A stretch of 58,988 bases of DNA, filler included, from Dugesia japonica (taxonomy: Eukaryota), in the NCBI GenBank assembly GCA_001938525.1. It is 6 parts of 6 records of this genome, joined end to end, with 100 filler letters (N's around TTAATTAATTAA, not from the genome) between each part and the next. Parts side by side here need not be neighbours in the genome. Positions count along the whole stretch, not along the records: positions 19,834 to 28,690 come from MQRL01528474.1; positions 28,791 to 39,375 come from MQRL01645069.1; 4 more parts are not named here. One strand, given 5' to 3'. Each line of letters begins with the position of its first letter. The stretch's first letter is position 1. Positions 24,565 to 37,508 of the stretch are shown piece by piece. A program made the translations under genes and the position numbers. The notes beneath the pieces were generated by a model. The model did not search any database, was not told where the DNA came from, and saw only the letters and a list, made by a program, of their open reading frames with translations.

Positions 24565-24600
24565 GATAATTATTATTATTATTATTATTGTTATTATTAA
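24400..24600. repeat. (TTA)n microsatellite; similar tracts at ~31125-31205, 36328-36378, 46520-46574, 48750-48847 and 49230-49345
   Basis: Pure trinucleotide repeats are visible, often running into N gaps. Confidence 0.95.
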
Positions 24601-24639
24601 AGTATAGTGAGAAGTGAATCGTTTACAATAAGTCAGTGA

Positions 24640-25030
24640 GCAAATGGTCATGGTTCCGGCGCGATAATACGCTTCAAATGAAATCGAAAGCTGAGACTCA
24701 TCAGAAAAATAATATGCTATCAGTATGGTTGGATTTTTGAACCAAACAATAAATTTTAGAAATTCACTCTCAAAAATTGAGCAGTTTGATCGACTCTATC
24801 ATTCATATACTTCTTGAACTCCATAATTGTAAAGAATTTGTATTGCATCACGACAACGCAAAATAATATACAAGTTTAATCACCTGTTACAAAGGATTGC
24901 TACGCCCACCATACTTACAAAACCTTGTATTGTCAGACTTCCATTTATTTCGATGTCTTCAAAACTTCTTACGCGGTGTAACATTCAATTCAAATGATGC
25001 TATAAATCACCACATTGTTCGGTTTTTGAC
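24640..25030 (+). mobile_element. Mariner transposase C-terminal remnant
   Basis: LHHDNA and LRPPYLQNLVLSDFHLFRCLQNFLRGVTF correspond to HPPYSPDLAPSDYHLF. Confidence 0.85.
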
Positions 25031-25179
25031 AATAAAATTCATGTGTCCCGTATTAATATATGTTTCGGGAAATGTCCCAAATTAAAAAATTATATCATGT
25101 GAATATTGTATTATTCGATATATTTTAATGGCATAGAAGAAACTTTATTTTTATTAAGAGTAACAAAACAAATAAAAAT

Positions 25180-25839
25180 CCATTTAAATACATAAAGACC
25201 AATAAAAATTCGATCGCGAATATCCTGCAACAACAGCACTCCTAATTTCCTTTGCACTTTCCTTAATTGTGCGGACTGCCACCTCATTTAAATTTAGGGT
25301 TTTTGCAATGTGTGATGCTTTTTCTCCTGTTAACAGCCGATCTAAAACTTGTATTTTTACTTCTAAAGAAATAAAATTTCTCTTCAAAGTTGTTTTTTTT
25401 ATTTCCATCAGACATAGTTTAGGCCTGAAATTTATTTTTCAAAAAATAGTCTTACTTAATAACAAAATAATCAATTCCTTAATAATTACCAAAAAAATTA
25501 AATAAAATCGATACTTTGTACATTAAAATTTATTTAAATATTTCTGTTTCCTATTTGACAATTTCTATTTTGCAAAAAAATATGGTCTGCGCTCTTGCAA
25601 TAGTCTCCACAAAAATGGCAAAATATATACATACACAAAAAATAAATTAAGACTTGCATTCTTGAAATAATAAAATCTGGGTATTCTCCGAATTGTATGT
25701 TATGTCAATATTATAATTTTCTAAAAAAATAAAAATCGTGTTGTAGAAGTACCGTGTTATAAGAGGTTTTCGGGAATTTTTGCTATCGTGTTACAGTGAA
25801 ATCGTGTTGTAGGATACCGTAATGTAGAAGGAATATCTG
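25180..25839 (-). mobile_element. pogo/Tigger deletion derivative (CENP-B/psq HTH N-terminus plus one TIR)
   Basis: KRNFISLEVKIQVLDRL..GEKASHIAKTLNLNEVAVRTIK. The end reads TA-CAGATATTCCTTCTAC (minus), with subterminal cgtgtt(g/a)ta repeats at 25735-25830. Confidence 0.8.
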
Positions 25840-27140
25840 TATTTAATTTTTTTATTTTTTAATTTTATTTTTGACTTTATAATATCATTTATTAATTTTT
25901 TTTACAAAACTTTTGTCAACTTAAAATCTTGTTTGAAAATAATTGCAATAATAAAAAGTGAATTAAATAAATATACTCATTTTTAGAAACTGAATAATAA
26001 GAAATAAATTCTTTTCCAAATAATTTTTATAATATTCTGGGGCAATAAATTTTGTTGTCAGTAAGAGTAAAAAAATTAATTTGGTTTTGAAATATATACT
26101 TTTTGCTGAACAGAAGAATTTTATTATTTATTTTTGCTTTTTAAAATCATCAAAGTTAATAAAACATCTCATTTTATTGATTCCTCTANNNNNNNNNNNN
26201 NNNNNNNNNNNNNATTATTTTTGGGAGTCGTGAACCTCCTTTTTCAATATGCAAAACGAAAAAAGAAATTGAAAAGAAATCCATTTTTGCAAAATATTTA
26301 ATTTTATTATTTTATTTTAACAGTCATTCAATAATTTATTTATTAGTTTTTAAGAAAAAAGCAAATTCCTTCATTAATTATATGAACTGAAGAATTTTTT
26401 TTGACAGAGCATTGCGCATATCATGCTCAACATTTAAACAATTTCAATTTTTTGTTTTTATCTTCACAAGTGTGGAAAATCCAGATTTCCAAAAATACAG
26501 TATTGCAAAAAGATATGTAGCTTCCACAGCTCGTTTCACATACAATGGGTACGTTTTTCTCACAAGAGACGAAAACTTTACAATTTTTTTAGAATCGAAT
26601 CAAATGTTTTGAAATTTACGAATGAAAATTTAAATTTAAGTTTGCGGACGCCGAAAAATTACCTCAACATTATTTTTCATTTATTGATATTAGAGGAAGA
26701 TCGATTATTAAAACATACTACTAATTGGATGCTTACAATAAATTTTAAGATAAAATTTCAAAAAACTTTGAATCATAGAGAAAAGCACGTTTTTATAAAA
26801 TTTTCTATAAAAATAGAAAAGGCAAAATAAGTATTGATGGGTTTATGATATTGAGCAGTGGTTTTGGTAATTATTTTGAAAGAATTGCGTATGAGACTTT
26901 GAGAATCCCGATTATTATTATTCAGATTGATACACATTCACTTTTAAATTTATTCTAATCTTATTTTTTAGATTGATTATATAACAGGTTTTATTGGCCA
27001 GTTTATAAACAACAGTAACTAGAGATTGATTTATTTTTAGATTTTATTGTTGTTCTTTTCGATATTTAAGAAGTTATTTTTTACAAGTCTTCCAATACTC
27101 AACACATTCTCACAGATCTGGTCGTTTCTTTTATATTCAG

Positions 27141-28421
27141 TGTAGAATTATTATTAATAATTCTACATTAAAATTAAAATTAAATGATATTTGTTGAAAT
27201 ATCATGTTTGTTATAATAATATATATTTCAAAAAGTGTTACTTAATTTAATGTTGAACACAGCATCTGGAGTCAGAAGTGGGATCAGAAGGAAAACATAC
27301 TGTAATTGCATTTTCTTCAAGAAAATTGTCTTTTGTTGAGAGAAATTACTCAGCCTTCGACAGAGAGCTGCTAGCAATAGAACTTGCAGTTAAGAATTTC
27401 AAGTACTATTTGGATTCTAAATCATTCGCAATACAGACTGACCACCAGCCTTTATTAAAGATTGCAACTATGAAAGATCCAAATACTAGATAATGGAGAT
27501 GGCTTGAATTCCTAGCTCAATTTTCCTTCAAATTAGAATATTTAAAGGGATTGGAGAACACAGTAGTGGTTTTTCTTTCAAGAATAAACGCACTAAGCAA
27601 GGAGGTTGAACACATAACAGTGGATGAAATAATCAAAACAATCGAGAATCTTCACGTCTCACTAAAAAAATCTTCCTTGAAATTAAGCGTCTTTGAGGAA
27701 GGAATAGTTATGGACATATCGCAACTCAAGCCACAAATAATTCTACCAAAATCACTTAGACTCAGAGAATTCAACCCACAATCAAAAGGTAAGATTGAAA
27801 GATGGCAAAAAANNNNNNNNNNNNNNNNNNNNNNNNNNNNNNNNNNNNNNNNNNNNNNNNNNNNNNNNNNNNNNNNNNNNNNNNNNNNNNNNNNNNNNNN
27901 NNNNNNNNNNNNNNNNNNNNNNNNNNNNNNNNNNNNNNNNNNNAACATTAGCTTACCAGGTGATATCATAACTTCAGTTAACATTTCTGACGACTATGAA
28001 CCATTCGTCGAACAAATCAAAGACAATATCAAAAATTTAAAAGTCCTGAAAACCAATCGGAGCTTAAATGGAAAGTCAAAAGTCAATAAAGGTCTGTTGA
28101 ACTGCGAAAATGTTTGGTTGAGAGTAGAGATTTGTATTGAACTCAATAATCCATATGAGAATCCATTCCATTTCACCAGTCGTAGTGAAGATAACAAAAC
28201 CTTCAAAATCAATTTAGATGGCTCTCTNAAGATCGTATCAANAGACATAATNAAGCCAGCAATTTTATTGTATCACTCAATTTAAAACGGGGAGTGATGT
28301 AGAATTATTATTAATAATTCTACATTAAAATTTAAATTAAATAATATTTGTTTAAATATCATGTTTGTAATAATAATATATATTTCAAAAAGTGTTACTT
28401 AATTAAATGTTGAACACAACA
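27141..28421 (+). mobile_element. Complete internally deleted Gypsy mini-element (124-bp LTRs, 5-bp TSD)
   Basis: LTRs 27141-27264 and 28298-28421 (TG...CA, ~6 differences), with TSD TTCAG on both sides. PBS TGGAGTCAGAAGTGGGAT (tRNA-Leu-like) at 27267 and PPT AAAACGGGGAGTGA before the 3' LTR. Internal remnants are RNase H (AFSSRKLSFVERNYSAFDRELLAI..TDHQPL) and integrase (NPQSKGKIER). Confidence 0.93.
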
Positions 28422-28690
28422 TTCAGCATATGAGCTAACAATCACTTCTATATTTTTATTATTTACAACATACTTTTTCTTTATTGGGTGTCTTATTTCA
28501 GTATGTCCTGCAATTATCTGAGCAAATAAAATTTCATTATCTCTTTCATCGTTTTTTAAAAATATAATAAACTTCTTTATTGTGACATGCTAAATTAAAG
28601 CAGCTTTTTGAAGTCGTGAGTACCAGCCTTCTACTACATTATTAGGCTTACGATAGCCTAGAATAGAGGAATAAAAACCATTCTAGATGT

Positions 28691-28790
28691 NNNNNNNNNN
28701 NNNNNNNNNNNNNNNNNNNNNNNNNNNNNNNNNNTTAATTAATTAANNNNNNNNNNNNNNNNNNNNNNNNNNNNNNNNNNNNNNNNNNNN
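28691..28790. other. Artificial scaffold linker
   Basis: 44N-TTAATTAATTAA-44N. Confidence 0.95.
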
Positions 28791-31700
28791 ATGCGGTGTC
28801 AATAATTAATTTCAATTATTATATCAAATTATAAATTTTCAAGAAAAACAATCTTTTAAAAAAAAACAATAAAATATATGTTAAAATATATTATATTTTA
28901 TTAAATTTGTGAAAATATTTAATTTCACATATTAATATAAATAATTATATTTAATGACGTAGTTTTGCTTTATAATAAAGAGAGTTTTAATTCAACTATA
29001 AGCGTCAATAATGAAACAATAAATGAATATATATGTGGTCTTGAATATTATAATCGATTATTTGGTGAATATCTCTCTACACTGCAGCGATCAATATATT
29101 TATTATTTATTGACCAATAAATTTTGATCATTCTACAATCTACTAATAATAAGCCAAAGAACAAAATATTATGATTTACGTTGTTTTTCAATAATTAAAA
29201 AAATATTTTTTAAAAATTTTTTTTATTAACTCATTATTTCTTATCAAACACCAATAATCATTTTAGATTTTCAAATTTCTCGAAGTGAATTAACTGTTAA
29301 ATAATATTTTGAAATCATAATAAATATAATTCAACCTTTAGTAGATCTATTAACTGAAAAGGTAGTTAAAATTTTGAAAAATTTTCGTAATTTTTTGGAA
29401 ATATTTAATTTTTTTATTATTATTATGATTAATTGTTCGGGACCGGTTTTACTCTGAAATCCTGGTAATAATAGTAATAATTGAAATATTAATATTATTA
29501 TGCTGTTACTAATTTCCATAACTCTTGCTTGAATAATCCTCTCTTCCNNNNNNNNNNNNNNNNNNNNNNNNNNNNNNNNNNNNNNNNNNNNNNNNNNAAA
29601 AAAAATTATGATTTACGTTGTTTTTCAATAATTAAAAAATTTTATTTTTTAAAGATTTTTTTATTAACTCATTTTTTCTTATCAAACACCAATAATCATT
29701 TGAGATTTTCAAATTTCTCGAAATAATATTTTGAAATCATAATAAATATAATTCAACCTTTAGTAGATCTATTAACTGAAAAGGTAGTTAAAATTTTGAA
29801 ANNNNNNNNNNNNNNNNNNNNNNNNNNNNNNNNNNNNNNNNNNNNNNNNNNNNNNNNNNNNNNNNNNNNNNNNNNNNNNNNNNNNNNNNNNNNNNNNNNN
29901 NATTGAAATATTAATATTATTATGCTGTTACTAATTTCCATAACTCTTGCTTGAATAATCCTCTCTTCCGTAAACCATTCTTCAAGATAACAATAAATGT
30001 TAAACAAATTAGTTACTTTATTCATCAATAAATGTAATGTTACAATGTAAAGTTATTATCATATTCTAATATGAACTTCAAACTAAGGTTGTAATTCAAT
30101 GTAATTACAGTATAAAATGTTTTCCTTCTATTGGTAACCAGAGGTTTGTTTTATTTAAAAAAAATTGACAATTTTTTCTGCCTTTACAAAGCAAGTCCAA
30201 GTTGAAGACGAATGAATTTGTCCATAAATTATATAAAATTTAATTATTCTAATATTGTGAAATTCCAATTTTAAATTCAACGAGTTTTAAACATAAAAAT
30301 ATTAAATCAATTTTTTATTGATTAAAATTTTTTCTACCAAACATCTATTAATAAAATGTTTTTAAAAATAAAAAATTCACACGCCATAAAAATCGATAAC
30401 AACATGAAATAACCTGTCACAATTAACCAACGCATATTTTGATCAGGTATTCAAGTTAAACGCTTCATTGAACTTCAAATCCTTTAAACATAATGTAGTA
30501 CCGTACATAATCAGTCAAGCATTATGTTCTACAAGTGTTTCCATTGTTTATGTTGGAGCCATATTGTAAATAGAACGCCATACTTCTATAGTTGTTGTCA
30601 CGTATTTTCACAAGATTTTCATATGATTAACAATAATTTTGATAAATTGCTTTTATTTTCATCACCATACTTACTTTAGTTTAATTTATTTTATTTCAAT
30701 TATTTACCGATTAAATTTGTAATTAATAGAAATGTCACTTTTTACTGATTCTAGTTTTGATTGCCACAATATTAATTATCAACTAGAAAATATTCAATTA
30801 TATTAACTAAGAAAATTCAATAAATCCACCAGTTCTTTTATCTAACATTCCATTTAATATCAAGATTTTGTTGTGATCCAATAGTTGAAAAATTGAACAT
30901 TTNNNNNNNNNNNNNNNNNNNNNNNNNNNNNNNNNNNNNNNNNNNNNNNNNNNNNNNNNNNNNNNNNNNNNNNNNNNNNNNNNNNNNNNNNNNNNNNNNN
31001 NNNNNNNNNNNNNNNNNNNNNNNNNNNNNNNNNNNNNNNNNNNNNNNNNNNNNNNNNNNNNNNNNNNNNNNNNNNNNNNNNNNNNNNNNNNNNNNNNNNN
31101 NNNNNNNNNNNNNNNNNNNNNNNNATTATTATCATTATTATTATCATTATTATTATTATCATTATTATTATCATTATTATTATCATTATTATTATTATCA
31201 TTATTCGGAAAGAAATTAGGTCTCTTGAAAATTTTAATTAAAATAAGTTGAAATCATAAACTTTTCACCGTTTTAAACACAGTAACGATCAAATTCATGA
31301 AATAAAATTAGTGAATAAAATTTTAATAGAAAATCAAAATTACCAATAATAACTTATAAATAAATTAGTTATATATATATAATTAGTTATATATAATAAT
31401 AATTAGATATATACAACAATAATAATAATCATCATAATAATAATTGTAATAATAAAAGTTATAATAATTTAAATTAAATTCTTAATATAAATATTAAAAT
31501 TCTCCGATTTCAAATTATTTTGTGTTTTGAAATCTGAAAGTTAGAATACTTTTGAGTTTCTGTAAAAATTGTCGTAATAATATTTCCAATATTGATCATG
31601 ATATTAACAAAATAATTCGTTTTCAATAATTTTGTTTAATTTCAATTCATCATGAAAATACAATGCTTGCGCATTGAAAATATTCAATCACAATCACAAA

Positions 31701-33325
31701 ACATCAATAATAATAATAAAAATAAAAGAAAACAGCAGTGAAAATCTTTTTTGTTGGTAACCTTAACTGACTTTATATTTTCACATTTGTTAATAGATAA
31801 CACAAAAATATGTTTTAAATACTTCAAAAACATCAAAAAATTTTTGACCAAAGAAAAATCTATTTATTAATTGATGTACACGTTTTTGATATAATTATTA
31901 AATTTCTAGCTCATTGATTTTCAATGAATTCTTCTATTGTATTTGATAAAGCTATGTATTGAGTGTTGTATAGAATCGAAATTGCGCTCTTATCAGACAT
32001 TTTTCTTTTTACTTTGATAAAATATGTGCAGCAATTCGACCTATACTGTACTGGTTTTAATGTTGTTCATGAGTTTTGAAAAAGTTAAAATGCTAAATCC
32101 AGAATATTACTAGTGCCATGCTGCCAAACTTTTCACTTTTCTTATAAACNNNNNNNNNNNNNNNNNNNNNNNNNNNNNNNNNNNNNNNNNNNNNNNNNNN
32201 NNNNNNNNNNNNNNNNNNNNNNNNNNNNNNNNNNNNNNNNNNNNNNNNNNNNNNNNNNNNNNNNNNNNNNNNNNNNNNNNNNNNNNNNNNNNNNNNNAAA
32301 CTATTTCCGCGCCATTTTTTATTTGAAGCCTAACACTTATTTAAAAATAAAAATAAAACAATCCAATGTAATATTACATTCGTTATTTTCACTTGTTTTC
32401 TTACTGTATACTAAATACTATATTGAATTTCAGAGTTAACCATAAATTTCATATTTAGAATTCACAAAGAAATAGTTGAAAGTTCTGTTCAACAAGAATT
32501 TATATAATTATATATAAATTAATATTTGTATTTGTTTTATTGAGACTAGATTAGTATTGGTAAGTGCTACATAGGGAATATAATTGTAAAAAAAAAACAG
32601 ATGCTTAAAAGTTTAATTATTTGTTAGTTGAAACAAATTTTGTAAAGTAAAAAAAAAAAGTTTTTGTAAATCTGTTTAAAAATCTTAAATTTATCTTTAT
32701 GATAAATTTCAAATAAAACATTATATTCATTTAATAAACAAATTATTTATAAGAAATATTTTATGTACAATATTAGCGTGGAAAAGAGAAAAAAAAATAT
32801 TCAGGGTTTTAAGAATTTTTTTCTGTTGTTATTGATTCTCTATAATTTTGATGCCGATGAAATTGGAATCGTGTAACATTTACCTAGGCGAATTTATGAC
32901 TCTAGCACAGTAAATGTCAAAGAATTAGTAGAAATCATATTATTTAAGAGAAATTTTTCATCAGAATCCCATTTAACCGGTGTTCAGTGTATTGTTTACA
33001 TAAGATATTGCTACAAGCAATTCAATCAGTATTAAAAAAATGAAATTCATAAATGGCCGCTCACGATAGTTTCTCGGTAATTTTAAATGTCATCATAAAG
33101 AGAGGATTAGTTACCGTAAAATCAGATAAGTTAAAAATTACTTCATTTAGACCTAGCTAATTGTGATGGACTGTTTTGCGATGCTTGACAACTGTGGAGT
33201 TTGATTATCGGTTACATTGTACATGGTTAGGAGCGCATGATTACATCTTATATTTATTCAATAGTTTACTTTAATAATTTCTAATTAAAACTATCAATTT
33301 CGATTATTTATTTATTCATTTCTAG

Positions 33326-33429
33326 ACATAAATAAAGATTTTAAAACTGTTCCAAAGAGTCAAGAAGTAGTGATAAGGAGTAACGTAAAATTGTCTTGTA
33401 TTCCACCAGATGCAAAACCACCAGCTGAA
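33326..33429 (+). CDS. unc-5: UNC-5-like netrin receptor, exon encoding the first half of Ig domain 2
   Basis: TTCTAG|..INKDFKTVPKSQEVVIRSNVKLSCIPPDAKPPAE|GTAAGT resembles UNC5 YLRKNF..EP....V....L.C.PPEG.PPAE. Confidence 0.65.
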
Positions 33430-34109
33430 GTAAGTAAATTGATTTATCAGTGATTTTAAGAGTATAATAACATTGTAAACCACAGAAATAAAAATGCAAC
33501 TGCAAATTGTGCTGAAATTTATGTCTACTAAAATGAGTCATCAATTCTTTTANNNNNNNNNNNNNNNNNNNNNNNNNNNNNNNNTTATGAAAATATCAGG
33601 CGCCCTAACATTATCTATTCTGAGTAGATTTGTTGACTGATAAGAAATTCCGATTAAAATAAATGTTTTTCTACTTGTAATTATTGTCGATGTTTGCCCC
33701 AATAACATTTTTAATGTGACTCATTAGTAAAGTTGTCAAACTGTAAATCAGTGGCTAGAATTAACACTTGAAAGTTGTACACAGGCCGGCACCCGATTAT
33801 GATTATTTTGTAAAACTAAATTGTTTTGTAAATTGATTTTTCCTCTGATAACAATAAGTGTAAATTTACCGGCTTACGTTTCCTACTTGGAAGTGCATGG
33901 AAACTCGTGCCACTTGATTGACTTAGAGACGATTACGTCATTCCATAAAAAGCCATGACTCAGTCAAGTTTATTTAGTGCATTCAAAATTTTTATTAAAA
34001 GCAACAACGGGTTTTAATTTATGTATCTAATAAACTGCTCGTATGAAAAATACAAAATAATATTAATAATAATTATAATAATAATAATATTAGTAATCAT
34101 AAGTTATTT

Positions 34110-34318
34110 AAATTAAAAGCTTTGATCAAAATTTTTTTTCGTTTTTTTTTAGATTAATTCCATTCTTTCGAAAAAAAGCCAATTCCTGACGAAGACAAAG
34201 TCGAAATATTGAATTAATCTCGAAAAAACAAAAGAAAAGTTTGATCGAAGCTTTTATTTTAAATGAATTCTAAAAAACGATCAATGGTTATGTTCAACAA
34301 TTTTTCTCGCAATAATTG
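34110..34318 (+). repeat. PLE pLTR-like repeat: inverted arms flanking a hammerhead, then the conserved tail
   Basis: aaaagctttgatcaaa ... tttgatcgaagctttt arms, followed by gatcaatggttatgttcaacaatttttctcgcaataattg. Confidence 0.8.
34181..34215 (+). ncRNA. Minimal type I hammerhead ribozyme (best-preserved copy)
   Basis: AAUUC CUGACGA A GAC AAA GUC GAAA UA UU GAAUU gives an intact core, stem I, stem II and a palindromic AUAU stem III region. Confidence 0.75.
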
Positions 34319-35099
34319 NNNNNNNNNNNNNNNNNNNNNNNNNNNNNNNATAATAATAGTAATAATAATTATAATAATAATGGTATTGATAATAATAATA
34401 TTAATGACAATAATATAGATTTATGGCTTTAAATGTAATTATTCTTTCGAAATAGCGTTTTTGACAAATGAAATGAAGCAGAATTTTTGTTTGCATATTT
34501 ATTGAATTTCACTGCTAAGGATGATACTTTACGGAAAGAGTAAAAATTAGCAAATTATTTTTTATCATTCAATTTTAAAAAAACTTGGATTTTAATTTGA
34601 TTTAGCATGTAATTCTTGTGACTGGCATATTAATTAAAATGAGATTTTATGTATCAAAGTTTAGAATAGTTGTGTTTTTGTTAAATGTGTCATAACACCG
34701 AATTAACCAATAACAGTCGAGTTAAACATTTCCTTTTTAGCCAAAAAGTGTCAAGCTTTTCATTTAAATTATTTGATGAAATATTTAGTTGAATAATAAT
34801 ATAGATAATAGAAAAGTTGTTTTAATCATAGAGTTTGAAATATTTATTCAAAAAGTTGATTTACATTTTTTATTTTTGGTGATTAGCTGTTTTGATTTTA
34901 TTTTTATTTTAAGTGTTCACAAATGATATTATCACAAAACATTTTTTTCGAAATATTACAAAATTTTAATTTATTTAATTTTTTGAAAATGACAAATTTA
35001 AATTTCATTTGATTAGTTCTGCGGGGATTTTATTAAATAGAATTCTGATCATGCAATATTTGAGGAATACTGTGGATGAGGTAAAACAAAAACCAAGTT

Positions 35100-35735
35100 T
35101 GTATAGTTTCATATGAGTTCTCAGATTCACATAAAATATTGTATTATCGTGAAGAAATATAAAGGCTTTTTAGTTTGTCCATATCGGTCGTTTCATTTGA
35201 TTTATCTGGTTTAAATTGGTTACAGTAGACTTCAGAATTAGAGGTTTGTTAATACTGTGGAATTCACAATATTCCACTACTTTATAATACCATCAAACAC
35301 GATACATAACATTTTCTTTGACGAAAATTTGTTTTTTGAGTGCATTGCGAAGTATTCGGTGAGAATATCCACAATCTTTATCAAGAATCATTTGTTTATT
35401 GACCGATATGTCATTCATTCGTTTTATGAGCGTGTTGTACATTATAAAACATCTATACAAATTTCTCAGGCAAATTATGAAGTACCCTAAACAGCGTACA
35501 AAAAATATTCTAGTTTGATCAAATAATCACGTACCGTACCTCTTTGAACACTTATTTTCTTTGCTAATTCAGTAGTGATCAATCTTAAACAGTGGTATAG
35601 GGAGTGGAGAGGTTTATCATGTCCCGGCGCAAATCGTAGAGAAGCATTAAATTGTCCCCGAGAATTTCTGCATCCGAAAAACATTTAATAGTTTTTTTGC
35701 AAAGGGTCTGCGACCGAGAAAGTTTGGAAACCACT
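35100..35735 (-). mobile_element. Degenerate Tc1-like transposase fragment next to a hAT-type terminus
   Basis: TTELAKKISVQRGTVRDYL is an HTH-like segment in ORF 35487-35684. agtttggaaaccact at ~35721 resembles a hAT/Charlie end. Confidence 0.4.
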
Positions 35736-36324
35736 TTTATATATTATATTACTATGTTTATCGGAGGGTGAGGGCGCTAGTTATGCTCGCTACGCCGCTG
35801 ATCCCGGTTTATTAATAATCTAACGTTACCTGGTTATCAACAACTGCTTACGATCACCCATATTGATTAGCACATTTAAGATTGAAATTCCCAGCCCTAA
35901 TTTAACAAACTATTTTCTAATTTCACTCATTACCTGAACATTTGCCATCTTTTTTATTGTTTTGGTTTTCCTTGTTTTAGTTAAAATAATAATGCATTGA
36001 ATGAATTTCTATCTTCAATTGATTACTATTAAATAGTTTTATTTATTATTAAAGTTTACGAAATCTTTAATAAAAACCCAATATATATATATATATATAT
36101 TGCATTATATTTAACTAGACAGACTAGATAATTTTTAATTATATATTTCGATTTGAACATATCTATAATCAAAACTCCATTGCTTTTCGGACAACGTAAA
36201 TTGGAATAAATTCAGAACAGTTCCCTAACCCGGGTTAACAAACCACCGGCAATTTATTTTTGTATGAATATTCATTGGTAAATTAATTATTCCTAGTAAA
36301 TTTCTAGTCGTAATAATTAAGTAA

Positions 36325-36379
<55 letters not shown>

Positions 36380-36824
36380 GTGCTTAAATATATTAATATC
36401 AATAATGGATATTAAATGTTATTAAATAAATATTGATTATGAATTATATTATAAATGAACTTTATTTTTGAGACCGAAATATATTATCATATGAAATAAG
36501 ATTTATTGTTGCTATTAATTACAATTGAGATATTGAATTTTATTTCCGGTTCTTGATATTGAAATGGATTCAATGAAACTCCAAGTGAACTTATTCACCA
36601 AAAATATTTATTCAATCTTTAACTGACTAGAATTGGAATAAATATGGCGCCATATCACACAAGTGTTAGATAGTTGTTCTATAAAGTCAGCAGCATATAT
36701 TGCTGTCATTCTTTAATTTCATCCAGTCAGCCAGTTAACGATTGCAATTTTTCTATAATTTAACGTTTTGATAATAAACAAAAATAATAGATAGATATTA
36801 ATTATCGATTAATTTATTCATTAG

Positions 36825-37002
36825 ATTTATTGGATGAAAAACGGTGAGAAAATAACCGGAAAATCCCATCCTCAATTTGAGATCAATGAATATGGAGAAT
36901 TGCTTATATCAAATACCAGATTGACTGATACCGGAAATTATTCGTGTGTCGCTACTAGTTTTGGAGTTGAGAGATTTGCTACAGCACAAATCACTGTTCT
37001 TG
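36825..37002 (+). CDS. unc-5: UNC-5-like netrin receptor, exon encoding the second half of Ig domain 2
   Basis: TTAG|IYWMKNGEKI..GELLISNTRLTDTGNYSCVATSFGVERFATAQITVL|GT. The phase-0 join with the 33326-33429 exon yields one complete I-set Ig domain. Confidence 0.7.
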
Positions 37003-37508
37003 GTTCGTATTGATTATCTTTTTTNNNNNNNNNNNNNNNNNNNNNNNNNNNNNNNNNNNNNNNNNNNNNNNNNNNNNNNNNNNNNNNNNNNNNNNNNNNN
37101 NNNNNNNNNNNNNNNNNNNNNNNNNNNNNNNNNNNNNNNNNNNNNNNNNNNNNNATGTCGAAATTAATATGATTTAACGATTTATAAAGTACTTTTTCAA
37201 AATTTTATTTAATACCAAAAGTCTTTGTTTACGTACAGTCAACGAGGTTCTGTGGATTTGTTTATATTGTACATAGAATGCCCTTTGTTCAGTTCTCGCT
37301 GAATTTCTTGGCAAAGTTAGATATTGCTAGAATCTATTAAAAATTTATAATAATTATGATAAATAATTTATCAGTTGTCGCTATTCCCAATTTTATTTAT
37401 TTGTTATCTTAGAATTACGATATTTGTTTTCAATATTGTTATTGTTTTAGATTAGGNAAAAGAAAATTATTGATTATTAAATCAGTGTTAAGATTCTAGT
37501 CTCTAGAG

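Noticed and set aside
26408-26830. Exon-like plus-strand ORFs (SVENPDFQKYSIAKRYVASTARFTYNG)
   Set aside because: They have plausible splice sites but no recognisable homology, so I cannot support them as a gene.
29168-29968. ~380-bp tandem duplication giving twin ORFs MEISNSIIILIFQ...
   Set aside because: The copies straddle N gaps, which indicates a haplotype or assembly artefact. The ORFs have no recognisable domain or splice support.
30860-31219. Poly-Ile/Asn/Tyr-His ORFs (also 24305-24651 and 46482-46832)
   Set aside because: These are translations of (TAA/TCA)n microsatellites and N gaps.
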